64,000 bases of DNA from Bryobacterales bacterium (lineage in GTDB: Bacteria; Acidobacteriota; Terriglobia; Bryobacterales; Bryobacteraceae). This document shows, piece after piece, positions 1 to 9,172 of the stretch; position 1 is the first letter of the stretch, and each line of letters starts with the position of its first letter. The notes below the pieces were generated by a model that saw nothing but the letters and a program-made list of their open reading frames with translations, ran no database searches and was not told the origin of the DNA. The translations under genes were made by a program, and so were the position numbers. The stretch is from NCBI GenBank assembly GCA_038200305.1, contig JBBPYD010000153.1, positions 17,018-81,017 of the forward strand. The letters are read 5' to 3'.

Positions 1-600
1 CTGACCCAGCAGCACCAATTCGATCTGGATCTTCATGCCGAAGTATTCGAGGCATGCGCGTATCACCGTTGGGGGCTGTTTGAAAATCCGGTAAAGGCTC
101 TGGCGACGCTGGTGCTGGGCGGCGGTGTTCCCAAGAATTACAATTTGCAACCGGAGCCCGCACTCAGCCAAGTGCTCGGACTTCCAAATGTGCGGGGCTA
201 TCACTTCGACGTGCAAATTGTGACCGCGCCCGTTACCGACGGGTCCCTTTCCTCCTGCCCACCCGCGGAAGCCGTCACTTGGGGCAAAGTGGACAAGGAC
301 ACCTACCAGCAATCGACCGAGAGCATGCAAGCGGATTACTCGATGGTGATGCCGTTTCTGGTAAAGGCGCTTTTGGATAATCGAAATCGCTACGCCCAAC
401 AGGCGGAGAAGCTGGGCGAGGATACTCTCTTCGAAAGAGAGCCGCATGCGAAAGGTTATCTTCGCCCGCAATCCGGCTACCGCTTATACGAGCAGCGCGA
501 ACCGTTATGTGACCGGCTGACCGCGGATGTCCGTGAAAATCGGGAATGGCTGCTCAATAGCTTGCAATATCCGCTCGCGGGCGTGCCCACCGGGCGCTAG
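1..600 (+). CDS. deoxyhypusine synthase-like protein (5' end lies outside the window)
   Basis: Frame 1 is open from base 1 with no stop before 598-600. The translation contains LGGGVPKNY and PAEAVTWGKV, which resemble the GGGxxK and EAVSWGK signatures of deoxyhypusine/homospermidine synthase-family enzymes. Confidence 0.7.
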   Translation: MTQQHQFDLDLHAEVFEACAYHRWGLFENPVKALATLVLGGGVPKNYNLQPEPALSQVLGLPNVRGYHFDVQIVTAPVTDGSLSSCPPAEAVTWGKVDKDTYQQSTESMQADYSMVMPFLVKALLDNRNRYAQQAEKLGEDTLFEREPHAKGYLRPQSGYRLYEQREPLCDRLTADVRENREWLLNSLQYPLAGVPTGR

Positions 601-621
601 ACTATTGCAGGAGGTTCCTTC

Positions 622-1803
622 ATGTCCAGTGTGGCTGATGAGCGGAGAGGTGCGCCGCCACTGACGCTTCTGAGCGAAGAAGAGAGAATGTTCCAGTCCT
701 CGGTACGCCGGTTCGCACGCGAACAAATCGGGCCGTATGTCCGCGAGATGGATGAGGCCAGTGTCTTCCGGAAAGACATTCTCGCGAAGCTGTTCGACAT
801 GGGGCTCATGGGAATCGAGGTGCCCGAGGAGTACGGAGGACAAGGCGGGTCGTTCTTCCAGGCAGTGCTCGCGGTGGAAGAGCTTGCCGCCGTGGATCCC
901 TCCGCTTCGGTTGTCGTTGACGTGCAAAACACGCTGGTGAACAACGCAATTATCCGGTGGGCGAACGCGGAACAGAAGCGCCGGTATCTTCCCAAACTGG
1001 CCGAAGGCACTGTTGGGTCCTACGCGCTTTCAGAAGCAGGCTCCGGATCGGACGCGTTTGCGCTACAGACACACGCCGTGCTCAAGGGCGATCACTACGT
1101 ACTCAACGGCCGCAAGCTTTGGATCACCAACGCAGCTGAGGCGGGCTTTTTCCTGCTGTTTGCAACCGTGAATCCCGAAGCCGGTTACAAGGGCATTACG
1201 TGTTTCCTGATCGAACGCGGCTCCCCGGGATTTCAGGTAGGCAAGAAAGAAGATAAGCTCGGGATCCGGGCGTCCTCAACCTGCGAGCTCATTCTGGACA
1301 ATTGCCGGGTTCCGGCGGAAAACGTCATTGGCGAAGTTGGAAAAGGGTACAAGATCGCGATTGAGACTTTGAACGAGGGACGCATCGCCATCGGCGGCCA
1401 AATGCTGGGACTCGCACGCGGCGCGCTCGATCATGCCATCGGTTACGCCCGGCAGCGCAAACAGTTCGGCAAACCAATCGCGGATTATCAGGGCGTACAG
1501 TTCGATATCGCCCAAATGGCGGTGGATGTGGAGGCAGCCCGGCTATTGGTCTATAACGCGGCGCGCCTCCGCGACGCCGGCATGCCATTCGTCACTGAGG
1601 CGGCTATGGCTAAATATTTCAGTTCGCAAATCGCCGAAACCGTTGCATCACGCGCGGTGGAGATCTTTGGCGGAGTGGGCTTCACCAAAGATTATCCAGT
1701 GGAGAAGCTGTACAGGGATGCGAAGATCGGCCGGATCTACGAAGGCACCAACAACATGCAGCGCATTCTGATAGCCAGGCATTATTTAGAGAAACCAGTA
1801 TAG
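622..1803 (+). CDS. acyl-CoA dehydrogenase (short/branched-chain type)
   Basis: 393 aa. Shows YALSEAGSGSD, ITNA, and C-terminal RIYEGTNNMQRILIAR, all typical of the acyl-CoA dehydrogenase family. Starts 22 nt after the upstream stop. Confidence 0.9.
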   Translation: MSSVADERRGAPPLTLLSEEERMFQSSVRRFAREQIGPYVREMDEASVFRKDILAKLFDMGLMGIEVPEEYGGQGGSFFQAVLAVEELAAVDPSASVVVDVQNTLVNNAIIRWANAEQKRRYLPKLAEGTVGSYALSEAGSGSDAFALQTHAVLKGDHYVLNGRKLWITNAAEAGFFLLFATVNPEAGYKGITCFLIERGSPGFQVGKKEDKLGIRASSTCELILDNCRVPAENVIGEVGKGYKIAIETLNEGRIAIGGQMLGLARGALDHAIGYARQRKQFGKPIADYQGVQFDIAQMAVDVEAARLLVYNAARLRDAGMPFVTEAAMAKYFSSQIAETVASRAVEIFGGVGFTKDYPVEKLYRDAKIGRIYEGTNNMQRILIARHYLEKPV

Positions 1804-1833
1804 ACTAATAGTCGTCCTTTCCATTAGAGACAA

Positions 1834-2625
1834 ATGCGCCCTCAAGTCCTCTTTACCGCAGTGCTGGTTCTTACCAGCGGTCTTGCACAAGCCTCCGATA
1901 AGCCCGTCCCCTCCTCGGCGGAGATTGATAAGATCATTTCCTCGTTCTCTGAGAATGAAGCCGCGTTCGCCAAGGCGCGCGAAAACTACACCTACCGGCA
2001 GACGGCGAAAATGCAGGAGTTCGAGGAAAGCGGGGCTCCGGGGGGGCGCTTTGAGATCACATCGGACATCATCTTCACCCCGGAAGGCAGGCGGACCGAG
2101 CACGTTACGCGGGCTCCCGCCCCGACATTGCGTTTAATTTCGGTCTCCCCCGAAGATGAGCAGGATTTGCGGAACGTACTTCCGTTCGTGCTCACATCCA
2201 AGGACATTTCCAAGTATTATGTGCGCTACCTGGGCCGTCAGAAGGCAGATGAGATCCCCTGTTACGTTTTTGCGGTGAAGCCGAAGTCCCTTGAATCCGG
2301 GCAGCGCTACTTCACGGGCGAGATTTGGGTGGACGATCGCGACTTGATGATCGTAAAGACCTATGGACGTTCTACTGGGTTGCTGAAGAAAGGCACCGAC
2401 CAGCAGTTCCCTAAATTCGAGACTTACCGTGAGCAGGTTGACGGAAAGTACTGGTTCCCAACCTACACGATTGCGAGCAGCACCCTTCACTTCAAGGACG
2501 CCTCACCGCGCATCCGTCTCTCGGTTAAGTACGAGGATTACAAGCAGTTTAAGGCCGACACCAGGATTACGTTTGGCGACCAGGTAGACAAGGAAGCTCC
2601 GCCCAAGGAACCGAAGAAGCCTTAA
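1834..2625 (+). CDS. secreted hypothetical protein (LolA-like / lipoprotein-sorting-like fold suspected)
   Basis: 263 aa. N-terminal signal peptide [20 protein letters not shown]. Beta-rich body with a lysine/proline-rich tail. Fold assignment is tentative. Confidence 0.55.
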   Translation: MRPQVLFTAVLVLTSGLAQASDKPVPSSAEIDKIISSFSENEAAFAKARENYTYRQTAKMQEFEESGAPGGRFEITSDIIFTPEGRRTEHVTRAPAPTLRLISVSPEDEQDLRNVLPFVLTSKDISKYYVRYLGRQKADEIPCYVFAVKPKSLESGQRYFTGEIWVDDRDLMIVKTYGRSTGLLKKGTDQQFPKFETYREQVDGKYWFPTYTIASSTLHFKDASPRIRLSVKYEDYKQFKADTRITFGDQVDKEAPPKEPKKP

Positions 2626-2713
2626 TCGTTCCATTCAGGTTTCAAAAGCTGCATTCCAGGCAAAAAGGGGGGCAACGCCCACACATTTGTGGTTAAATGC
2701 AGGTTGCACCTCT

Positions 2714-3742
2714 ATGGCGGATAGATCATTCTTCACTCGGCGCCGCCTCAAGGCCGTTCAGCGCCGGCTTCGGGAAATTCAGATGATTATGAAAGGCGTG
2801 GCCTCGACAGACCACCCCATTCTGGTCCACCTGATTCCGACCCGCCGCTGCAACCTATCCTGCACCTATTGCAACGAGTACAACGACTTCTCAAAACCGG
2901 TCTCCACTGAGACTATCTGTCATCGGATCGACCGCCTGGCTGATCTGGGCACGGCTGTTATCACCATGAGCGGCGGAGAGCCGCTGCTTCATCCCGACCT
3001 CGATCACCTTCTCGCCCACGTGCGCAAGCGGAAGATGATTGCCGGAATGATCACCAACGGTTATCTGTTAACCGCCGACCGTATCCGGAAGCTGAATCGT
3101 GCCGGATTAGATCACCTGCAGATTAGCATCGACAACGTGATGCCGGATGAGGTATCAAAGAAAAGCCTCAAGGTCCTGGACAAGAAGCTGCAATTGTTGG
3201 CCGAACATGCCGACTTCCACGTGAATATCAACTCGGTGTTGGGCGGCGGCATTCATAATCCGGAAGATGCGCTGGTGGTGGGCAGGCGCTCCATTGAACT
3301 CGGCTTCACCTCCACCGTCGGGATCATCCACGATGGGGATGGCCAACTTCGTCCGCTGGGCGATCGCGAGCGCGAAGTATTCCTGGCGATGAAGCAGCTT
3401 GAGAAGAGCAACTACGCTCAGATCAACTATTTCCAGAACGACATCGCCTACGGCCGTGCGCACAACTGGAAGTGCCGTGCCGGCGCCCGGTATCTATATA
3501 TCTGCGAGGACGGACTGGTTCACTACTGTTCTCAGCAGCGTGGATATCCGGGCAAGCCGCTGGATGAGTACACAGTAGAAGATATCCGCCGCGAATACGT
3601 TACTGAAAAATCCTGCGCGCCCTATTGTACGGTGTCCTGCGTTCACCAGATTTCCTATTTCGACTTCTGGCGCTCCCCGCAGACTATCCGGAGCCCCCAG
3701 CAGGTTTCTGAATCGACTAACCGCTTAGTACAACTGCAGTAG
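2714..3742 (+). CDS. radical SAM protein
   Basis: [11 protein letters not shown] gives the CxxxCxxC radical-SAM cluster motif, followed by the GGEPLL SAM-binding motif. The C-terminal region is Cys-rich (CRAG...YICEDG...HYC...CAPYCTVSC), consistent with an auxiliary cluster. Start is uncertain: TTG 2687, ATG 2714 or ATG 2783. Confidence 0.8.
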   Translation: MADRSFFTRRRLKAVQRRLREIQMIMKGVASTDHPILVHLIPTRRCNLSCTYCNEYNDFSKPVSTETICHRIDRLADLGTAVITMSGGEPLLHPDLDHLLAHVRKRKMIAGMITNGYLLTADRIRKLNRAGLDHLQISIDNVMPDEVSKKSLKVLDKKLQLLAEHADFHVNINSVLGGGIHNPEDALVVGRRSIELGFTSTVGIIHDGDGQLRPLGDREREVFLAMKQLEKSNYAQINYFQNDIAYGRAHNWKCRAGARYLYICEDGLVHYCSQQRGYPGKPLDEYTVEDIRREYVTEKSCAPYCTVSCVHQISYFDFWRSPQTIRSPQQVSESTNRLVQLQ

Positions 3743-3874
3743 GATCGGTGCCGGTGAGTTCTAGGCGGAAGTGTTCTTGTGCGACTCGATGAACTCTTTC
3801 ACTAACTGCTCATCCAGTTCCGCTTGTCCAACCACCGTAGTCGGTTTGGTGTCCGCGCTGAATACTTCAAAGCG

Positions 3875-3900
3875 CTCGTAGCATCATCTCGTAGCATCAT
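3875..3900. repeat. perfect tandem duplication of a 13-mer (ctcgtagcatcat x2)
   Basis: Read directly: 3875-3887 equals 3888-3900. Lies in the convergent intergenic region. Confidence 0.9.
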
Positions 3901-3937
3901 GACGCAGAAGATCCTCGGCTATTTGGCTACGGGCGGA

Positions 3938-3977
3938 GTTGCCCAAAACACACGGCGGTTCCCCAAAACACACGGCG
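3938..3977. repeat. tandem duplication of a 20-mer (gttgcccaaaacacacggcg / gttccccaaaacacacggcg)
   Basis: Read directly: 3938-3957 versus 3958-3977 with one mismatch. Confidence 0.9.
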
Positions 3978-3990
3978 TTCCCATAGAAGA

Positions 3991-4052
3991 AAGCCCTCCA
4001 GGCGAGCTGCACCCTTTAAACCCCAGGGGTGCGAGTCGCCGCAGGAGGGCTT
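3991..4052. terminator. long imperfect hairpin between convergent genes (possible bidirectional terminator or REP-like element)
   Basis: aagccctcc (3991-3999) pairs with ggagggctt (4044-4052). Inner gcga/tcgc and gcaccc (4009-4014)/gggtgc (4027-4032) also pair. The loop is about 12 nt. There is no clear T-tract. Confidence 0.3.
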
Positions 4053-4076
4053 GCGCCGGCGGCCGCCGGTTAGCCG

Positions 4077-5291
4077 CTATTTGAAGCGATGCACGATGGG
4101 GCAGTTAATGATAGTGCCTTGCGATCCGAAAGGCGCGCCATCAATTCCAGTGATGAATCCCCGCTGCGCGAATGACAGGATTTCGAACTCTTCGGTCAAC
4201 CGTGAACGATACCCTTTGTCGATCGACTGTTGAGTCCATTGGTACGCGTTAAGGTCCCACAAGGGGCTGTAATCGGTAGCGACGGTAGGAATTCCGCCGA
4301 GTACGTTCAGAGGCCGGCGGCCATCCATCAGTGCGCTTTCGATTCCCTGGCGCTGTGGATTATCGCAGCCGCGTTGGCCATTGATGGCGACGAAGATTCG
4401 CTCCACCGCGCTAAATGCGCTGTCGTCATTACCGACCTCGATGTCTCTGAGGCCAGGCGCAAGCGTTGACTCTTCCAATGCGGCGACCAGAGCGGACGAT
4501 GCCTCGGTGCTCAGATACAACACTGGCCGGGCGAAACTGAACCCTGGGACCAGCCGCATGGTAACTGTCGATGCGCTTGGATTAGTAGTATTGACTTCGA
4601 TGTCGACCACGGTGTCAAGCACGGCTTTACGGTTGATGGAGCCGTCCGCGTTGTGAAACGTGGCTGCATCCCCAGCGGCTACGATAGGCGCATTGTAGAT
4701 GTGGTCCCCAGCGTTCACAATACGGACCAGGGGCGAGTAACTGGCGTCTCCAATAGAGCCGGGCTCGGCGATCATGGGCGGAAAGGGCGCGTTCACCGGG
4801 CCTGGGACCACGCGCCGTTCCGGCGTGAAATCGACATAGCCGGCATCGAACGTAAGCGTGGAGTCCCTGCCCAGGGTCGCGGTCCGCACGGCCCGCGAGC
4901 TCACGTTCGCATAACTCAACTTCGAGGAATGATTCAGGCCAAGAGCTTTGGCGTTGGCCTCATCGGTGGTATCGGTCAGGATGTACCAGATAGTGCGATT
5001 TCCGTCGCGGACAGTGCCACGGTATAACGGAAGAATAATGGTGCCGGCGCGATCGTCTAACTTTCCCGAGGTTAGCAATTGAAGACGCCCGACCAGCTCC
5101 TTTTGAACGGACGAGGGTTCGGGTCCGAAATACGTCTCCGGAACATCCGCTCCGACTGAAGGCGAGACGGGGTTTATGGCACAACCCGGACCATCGGGGC
5201 CGGGCAACGCCTGCGCGAATAGCGAGGGCGCCACGGCACCCGTCAGTAATAGAACCGAACAATTGAGGATGTAACAGGTGTTGACTTTCAT
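4077..5291 (-). CDS. secreted hypothetical protein
   Basis: About 404 aa from ATG 5291, preceded by aggag at suitable spacing. Signal peptide MKVNTCYILNCSVLLLTGAVAPSLFAQA. I recognise no family. Divergent from the ECF sigma gene. Confidence 0.65.
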   Translation of the reverse strand: MKVNTCYILNCSVLLLTGAVAPSLFAQALPGPDGPGCAINPVSPSVGADVPETYFGPEPSSVQKELVGRLQLLTSGKLDDRAGTIILPLYRGTVRDGNRTIWYILTDTTDEANAKALGLNHSSKLSYANVSSRAVRTATLGRDSTLTFDAGYVDFTPERRVVPGPVNAPFPPMIAEPGSIGDASYSPLVRIVNAGDHIYNAPIVAAGDAATFHNADGSINRKAVLDTVVDIEVNTTNPSASTVTMRLVPGFSFARPVLYLSTEASSALVAALEESTLAPGLRDIEVGNDDSAFSAVERIFVAINGQRGCDNPQRQGIESALMDGRRPLNVLGGIPTVATDYSPLWDLNAYQWTQQSIDKGYRSRLTEEFEILSFAQRGFITGIDGAPFGSQGTIINCPIVHRFK

Positions 5292-5506
5292 TGCGTTCTC
5301 CTGCAACTGGAGTTCGCGGCGCCCGGCGAAAAGTTACGGCAGGGATAAAGAGAAAGTGAGCCGGTGTTCAGCCTAAACCGTAACTCCTGGACAAGCGGAT
5401 CCGAAGTAAGGACAGGAGGGTGCCCGCGGAACTGGACGAATTGATGTTCGGATATCAGTAGGCCGATCCTCTGGCGACAGCATCGCTCATTGGCGCGGTA
5501 ACGCCA

Positions 5507-5971
5507 TTGTTGTATCGATACTTCCACTATCGTCCTTCTAGCCGGAACTACGCGGCGGATTTGGCTCAGGAGGCTTGGCTTCGCATTCACAAGTCGCGTC
5601 ACACATTCAGGCGGGGAGAGCCGGTTCTGCCATGGATGTACGCCATTGCGCGGCACGTCGAGGTGGATGGATACCTCAAGCGGCGGCGCATCGAGACTAT
5701 GGAACATCAAATGGATACACTGCCGGAAGTGGTGGCGGCAGATCCAGGGAAGCGCTGCATTCCGTCATTTGAAGCGTTGATGGCCGAGTTGCCGGAGAGC
5801 CAACGCGAGGTGGTAATGATGCTGAAAGTTACCGGCATGAGCATTGAGGAAGTCGCACGGGCCACGGCGAACACCGTTGGATCGGTAAAGCAGAAGGCGC
5901 ACAGGGCTTATGAGAAGTTGCGTCGGCTGCTGGAAACACCGATTAGCGCCGCTGGAGGGCAGTCTCGATGA
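5507..5971 (+). CDS. ECF-type RNA polymerase sigma-70 factor; the frame continues upstream to GTG 5420 but is interrupted by an in-frame TAG at 5459-5461
   Basis: Region 2 (DLAQEAWLRIHK) and region 4 (LPESQREVVMMLKVTGMSIEEVA...VGSVKQKAHRAYEKLR) are present. The upstream in-frame peptide VPAELDELMFGYQ*ADPLATASLIGAVTPLLYRYF looks like the normal ECF N-terminus. Confidence 0.8.
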   Translation: MLYRYFHYRPSSRNYAADLAQEAWLRIHKSRHTFRRGEPVLPWMYAIARHVEVDGYLKRRRIETMEHQMDTLPEVVAADPGKRCIPSFEALMAELPESQREVVMMLKVTGMSIEEVARATANTVGSVKQKAHRAYEKLRRLLETPISAAGGQSR

Positions 5972-6759
5972 CCTGCCGCGATGTGGATCTTCTGCGGGCA
6001 CGAGGCGAGTTGACGCCGGAGGCGCGAAAACATTTGGATCAATGCGCCGAATGCCGGGCGCTCGATGCGGCATTCAAAGTACCGGTTCCGGAGCCGGAGC
6101 CGCCAGGTGAATTGCAGGGCCGGATTACGCAGGCGATACTGGCGGATTTGAAGCCAGTATCGCCGCTGTCTAGCCGCCCGGTTTTAACGATTAGTCTGCT
6201 GGTGCTGACTGGGCTGGTGATTGCGCTGGGCGCATGGTATTGGGAATACGCCGGATGGGAAGCGCTTTCGCGCGGACAGGCGGCGGTGATGTTTTCGCTG
6301 CTGGGAACGGGCATTTTGCTGATGTCGGATCAAGCGGCGCGTTTGATGGTTCCGGGGACCAAGACAGCGGTGCAGCCGTGGGTGGCCGCTGGACTGCCGC
6401 TTACGACTTTGCTGATCGCGGTTCTTTTTCTATTCCCCTACGAATCCGATCCGGAATTTTTTACGATAGGTCTGCACTGCTGGCTGGTGGGCCTTGCTTG
6501 CGCGGGAGGAACGGCGCCCCTTGTGTTGTACGCGATACGAAGGAGTGCCGGCGTCACTCGAATCTGGCAGGGAGCCACTGCGGGTTTGCTTTGCGGGTTG
6601 GTGGGAGCCGCCGTGCTTGAGATCGCGTGCCCGTTCCTGGAACGGACACACATCATCGCGTGGCATCTGGGAGCAGTGCTGACAGCAATGCTGACAGGTG
6701 TGATTGCGTCGGAATGCCTGACTGAGATCCAGCGGCGGAATTCGGTGAGGCGGCCATAG
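5968..6759 (+). CDS. anti-sigma factor, zf-HC2 N-terminus plus multi-pass membrane domain (NrsF/DUF1109-like)
   Basis: ATGA overlap with the sigma gene. HLDQCAECRA gives the Hx3Cx2C motif. About six hydrophobic segments follow, with conserved-looking Cys (GLHCWLVGLACAGG, LEIACPF). The DUF1109 assignment is from pattern memory only. Confidence 0.65.
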   Translation: MTCRDVDLLRARGELTPEARKHLDQCAECRALDAAFKVPVPEPEPPGELQGRITQAILADLKPVSPLSSRPVLTISLLVLTGLVIALGAWYWEYAGWEALSRGQAAVMFSLLGTGILLMSDQAARLMVPGTKTAVQPWVAAGLPLTTLLIAVLFLFPYESDPEFFTIGLHCWLVGLACAGGTAPLVLYAIRRSAGVTRIWQGATAGLLCGLVGAAVLEIACPFLERTHIIAWHLGAVLTAMLTGVIASECLTEIQRRNSVRRP

Positions 6760-6765
6760 CCGACA

Positions 6766-7614
6766 TCACTCCCCTACTGGCAACAGTCCGGGGCGCAACA
6801 CGCCCGGTTTTGCCGCCCGGATGAATGCACTTATAAATTTCCCATCCACTTCAGGAAGGATAGCGTCTACGTCAATACCTTCGCCGGTCAAAAACTGTCT
6901 TGCCTCTTCGATGTTGTAGACCCGTGTGGGTTCCACCTCGATCGCGTCAAAGCCGGCATTTGCCAGTTCCTGAATGTATTCCGAGTCTTTCAGTGCGCCT
7001 GCAATGCACCCCACCCAAAGCTCCATGCTGCGCTTCACCTGCTCCGGTACATCGCCACGTACAACCACGTCGGAAACTGCAAGCCGTCCGCCTGGCCGAA
7101 GCACGCGGAACGCTTCCTTGAACACGCGGTCCTTATCTGCCGACAGGTTGATCACGCAATTGGAAATGATCACGTCCACCGAGTTGCCGGGCAAGGGAAT
7201 ACTCTCGATCTCGCCTTTCAGAAACTCGGCATTCTCCACGCCGGACTTTTTCTGGTTCTCACGGGCCAGGGCCAGCATCTCGTCCGTCATATCCAGACCG
7301 TAGGCTTTACCCGTGGGTCCAACCCGCTTGGCAGACAAGAGCACATCGATACCGCCGCCCGATCCCAAATCGAGCACGGTCTCACCGGCCTTCAGTTCGG
7401 CCAGCGCAGTCGGATTTCCACACCCGAGGGAAGCCCGCAATGCCGCTTCCGGCACCTCGGCCGTCTGGCTTCCCTCATACAGATTCGAGGTGATCGGATC
7501 GGGCCCGCAACTTGCGCTCGCAGGGCTGGAACCGCAGCACGAGTTGCCGCTTCCAGTGGTAACGCGCAGTGCGGCCTGGCCATATTTCTCTTTGACAACG
7601 TCTTTGACCTGCAT
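6766..7614 (-). CDS. arsM: arsenite S-adenosylmethionine methyltransferase
   Basis: 282 aa. SAM motif VLDLGSGGGID. Conserved ArsM cysteines in LGCGNP, ISNCVINL and WVGCIAGA. N-terminal SCCG motif. Confidence 0.9.
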   Translation of the reverse strand: MQVKDVVKEKYGQAALRVTTGSGNSCCGSSPASASCGPDPITSNLYEGSQTAEVPEAALRASLGCGNPTALAELKAGETVLDLGSGGGIDVLLSAKRVGPTGKAYGLDMTDEMLALARENQKKSGVENAEFLKGEIESIPLPGNSVDVIISNCVINLSADKDRVFKEAFRVLRPGGRLAVSDVVVRGDVPEQVKRSMELWVGCIAGALKDSEYIQELANAGFDAIEVEPTRVYNIEEARQFLTGEGIDVDAILPEVDGKFISAFIRAAKPGVLRPGLLPVGE

Positions 7615-7626
7615 AGTTCGGTTCTC

Positions 7627-7974
7627 CTATTTGCAACAAGTAAGAATAGTCTCTGGCTTGATGGCCTGGTTGCGGGTACAGCACTCGGCATAGAGGAAGC
7701 CTAAGAGATCTTGCAGAACTTTGGCATTGGCCGCGTACCACAAAAAAGTGCCGTCGCGCCGCACGCTGACCAAATCTTCGTTCTTCAGCTTTTCCAAATG
7801 ATGGGACAGCGTAGAGTTTGGAATTTCCAGCTCAGACTGAATGTCACCTACCACTAGGCCAGCAGGATGTGCCGAGAGCAGTACCCGCATGATCCGGAGC
7901 CTTGGCTCCGTGCCCATGGCGGAAAACATATCCGCGTATCTGGCTACTTCTTCGTCCAGCCGTTTATTCTTCAT
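7627..7974 (-). CDS. arsR: ArsR/SmtB family transcriptional regulator (C-terminal Cys-type As(III) site)
   Basis: HTH segment VGDIQSELEIPNSTLSHHLEKLKNEDLV. No CVC motif in helix 3, but C-terminal ECC...TCC pairs as in AfArsR-type regulators. Lies 12 nt upstream of arsM on the same strand. Start taken at ATG 7974 (MKNKRLDEE). Confidence 0.85.
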   Translation of the reverse strand: MKNKRLDEEVARYADMFSAMGTEPRLRIMRVLLSAHPAGLVVGDIQSELEIPNSTLSHHLEKLKNEDLVSVRRDGTFLWYAANAKVLQDLLGFLYAECCTRNQAIKPETILTCCK

Positions 7975-8303
7975 CCAGATCCTCCATAGCCGCAAAACCG
8001 CACAGCACACAACCGAACGGGGCTGCCGCCATCAAGTTGCTAATCGTTTCGTCTGAGAGGGCGACGTCTTCGTCATCCTGCTCGAGCAAGGATGGTGTCT
8101 GCATAGTTCGATATTAGCAGAAATATAGAAAAATGCAAACAAAAAATTAATTATCATCTTCCACAGCCGCACTACGGCGTCGATGAATTTACTTCCTTTG
8201 AAGATCGACGATTTCACGGCTGTGTTCGCCGGCATCGAACCACTCACCTTCATTGAAATGAGACCCGCCGAATCGGCTGGCCGTGCTCGAATTGTCTCCG
8301 CCC

Positions 8304-9164
8304 CTATTCCTGGCGCAAGGCAATAACCGGATCAATACGCAACGACTTGCGGGCCGGCAAATAACAGGCAACCAGAGCCAGGCTCGCAAGCATCAGCGGA
8401 GCCCCCACCAGCAGTACCGGGTCGGACGTGCTTCGGCTGGCCGCCGCTCCAATGCGTTGTCCGCCAGTTCCGGAGCCACGCGTCCTCCCGCTGACAGCGG
8501 CATCCACAGATCCGCAACAAACTTCATGGGCGATGCGCCTAGAAAATATTTCGGTCCTACCCCGATTACGGTGCAGGGATGCCCCAATACTGGATGCACA
8601 CCCAGCGTGGCGAAGTACGAGGGCGTGACCAGGTGTCCCCAGGTCCGCTCCGTATGCCCATCGACGGAAACGCCGAACGGCACCGGCGCAATGTAAGCCA
8701 ATGTGGAGGAGAACAGGTCCTTGCGGTCGCGATACCGCCTGTAAGTCGGATACGATGCCGCCGACTGCAGCGCAACCAACTCCTTGGGATCTTCCACTAC
8801 CGGAAGATTGCGCAAAATCGTAGCGTTCAACTCACTGAAGAAGGACGTTCCCGCGCAGATGCCCAGGCTGAGCGAGATCAGGGAGACGGCGGTGAACCCC
8901 GGCGAGGCACGAAGCATCCGCAGCCTGTAACGGATGTCCTGTCCCAACTCGGCCATGTACTCGGCGGGAACGCGCATGGCGATGTCCACCAGCAAGCGTA
9001 CTAACCCAGCACGCCATAATGCCGCCAGATCATCTCAATAGCATCCTCTGTCACCTGCATGAGCTCTTCTCCGTAGACGTTCTTGATTCGTGAGGGAAGG
9101 CGCGCGCGAGCGCACGGTACAGCCGCAGGCTGATCGCGACTGATCGATTGGATCGGGGACTCAC
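8304..9164 (-). pseudogene. ADOP-family (MacB/FtsX-like duplicated) ABC permease, decayed: multiple frameshifts and a large internal deletion
   Basis: Four pieces lie in different frames. N-terminal prefix LRLYRALARAFPHE is in one frame and VYGEELMQVTEDAI in another. IRYRLRMLRASPGFTAVSLISLSLGI...TPSYFATLGVHPVLG sits in ORF 8393-8995. The extreme C-terminus, DPVLLVGAPLMLASLALVACYLPARKSLRIDPVIALRQE (ORF 8304-8507), follows directly. About 550 aa of a normal ADOP protein are missing. Confidence 0.8.
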
Positions 9165-9172
9165 GATTCGGA

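Noticed and set aside
3761-3880. Minus-strand peptide YERFEVFSADTKPTTVVGQAELDEQLVKEFIESHKNTSA as a small gene.
   Set aside because: A TGA lies immediately upstream in frame and there is no start codon. I recognise no family. I treat it as a possible gene remnant and mention it in a finding, not as a feature.
3875-3977. Short direct repeats considered as a degenerate CRISPR array.
   Set aside because: There are only two copies each. They are directly adjacent with no spacers, the unit sizes are 13 and 20 bp, and they lie far from the cas genes.
5428-5452. GGAAC-N16-CGG as an autoregulated ECF promoter upstream of the sigma gene.
   Set aside because: The motif lies inside what appears to be the original coding sequence (after GTG 5420), and the -10-like element is poor.
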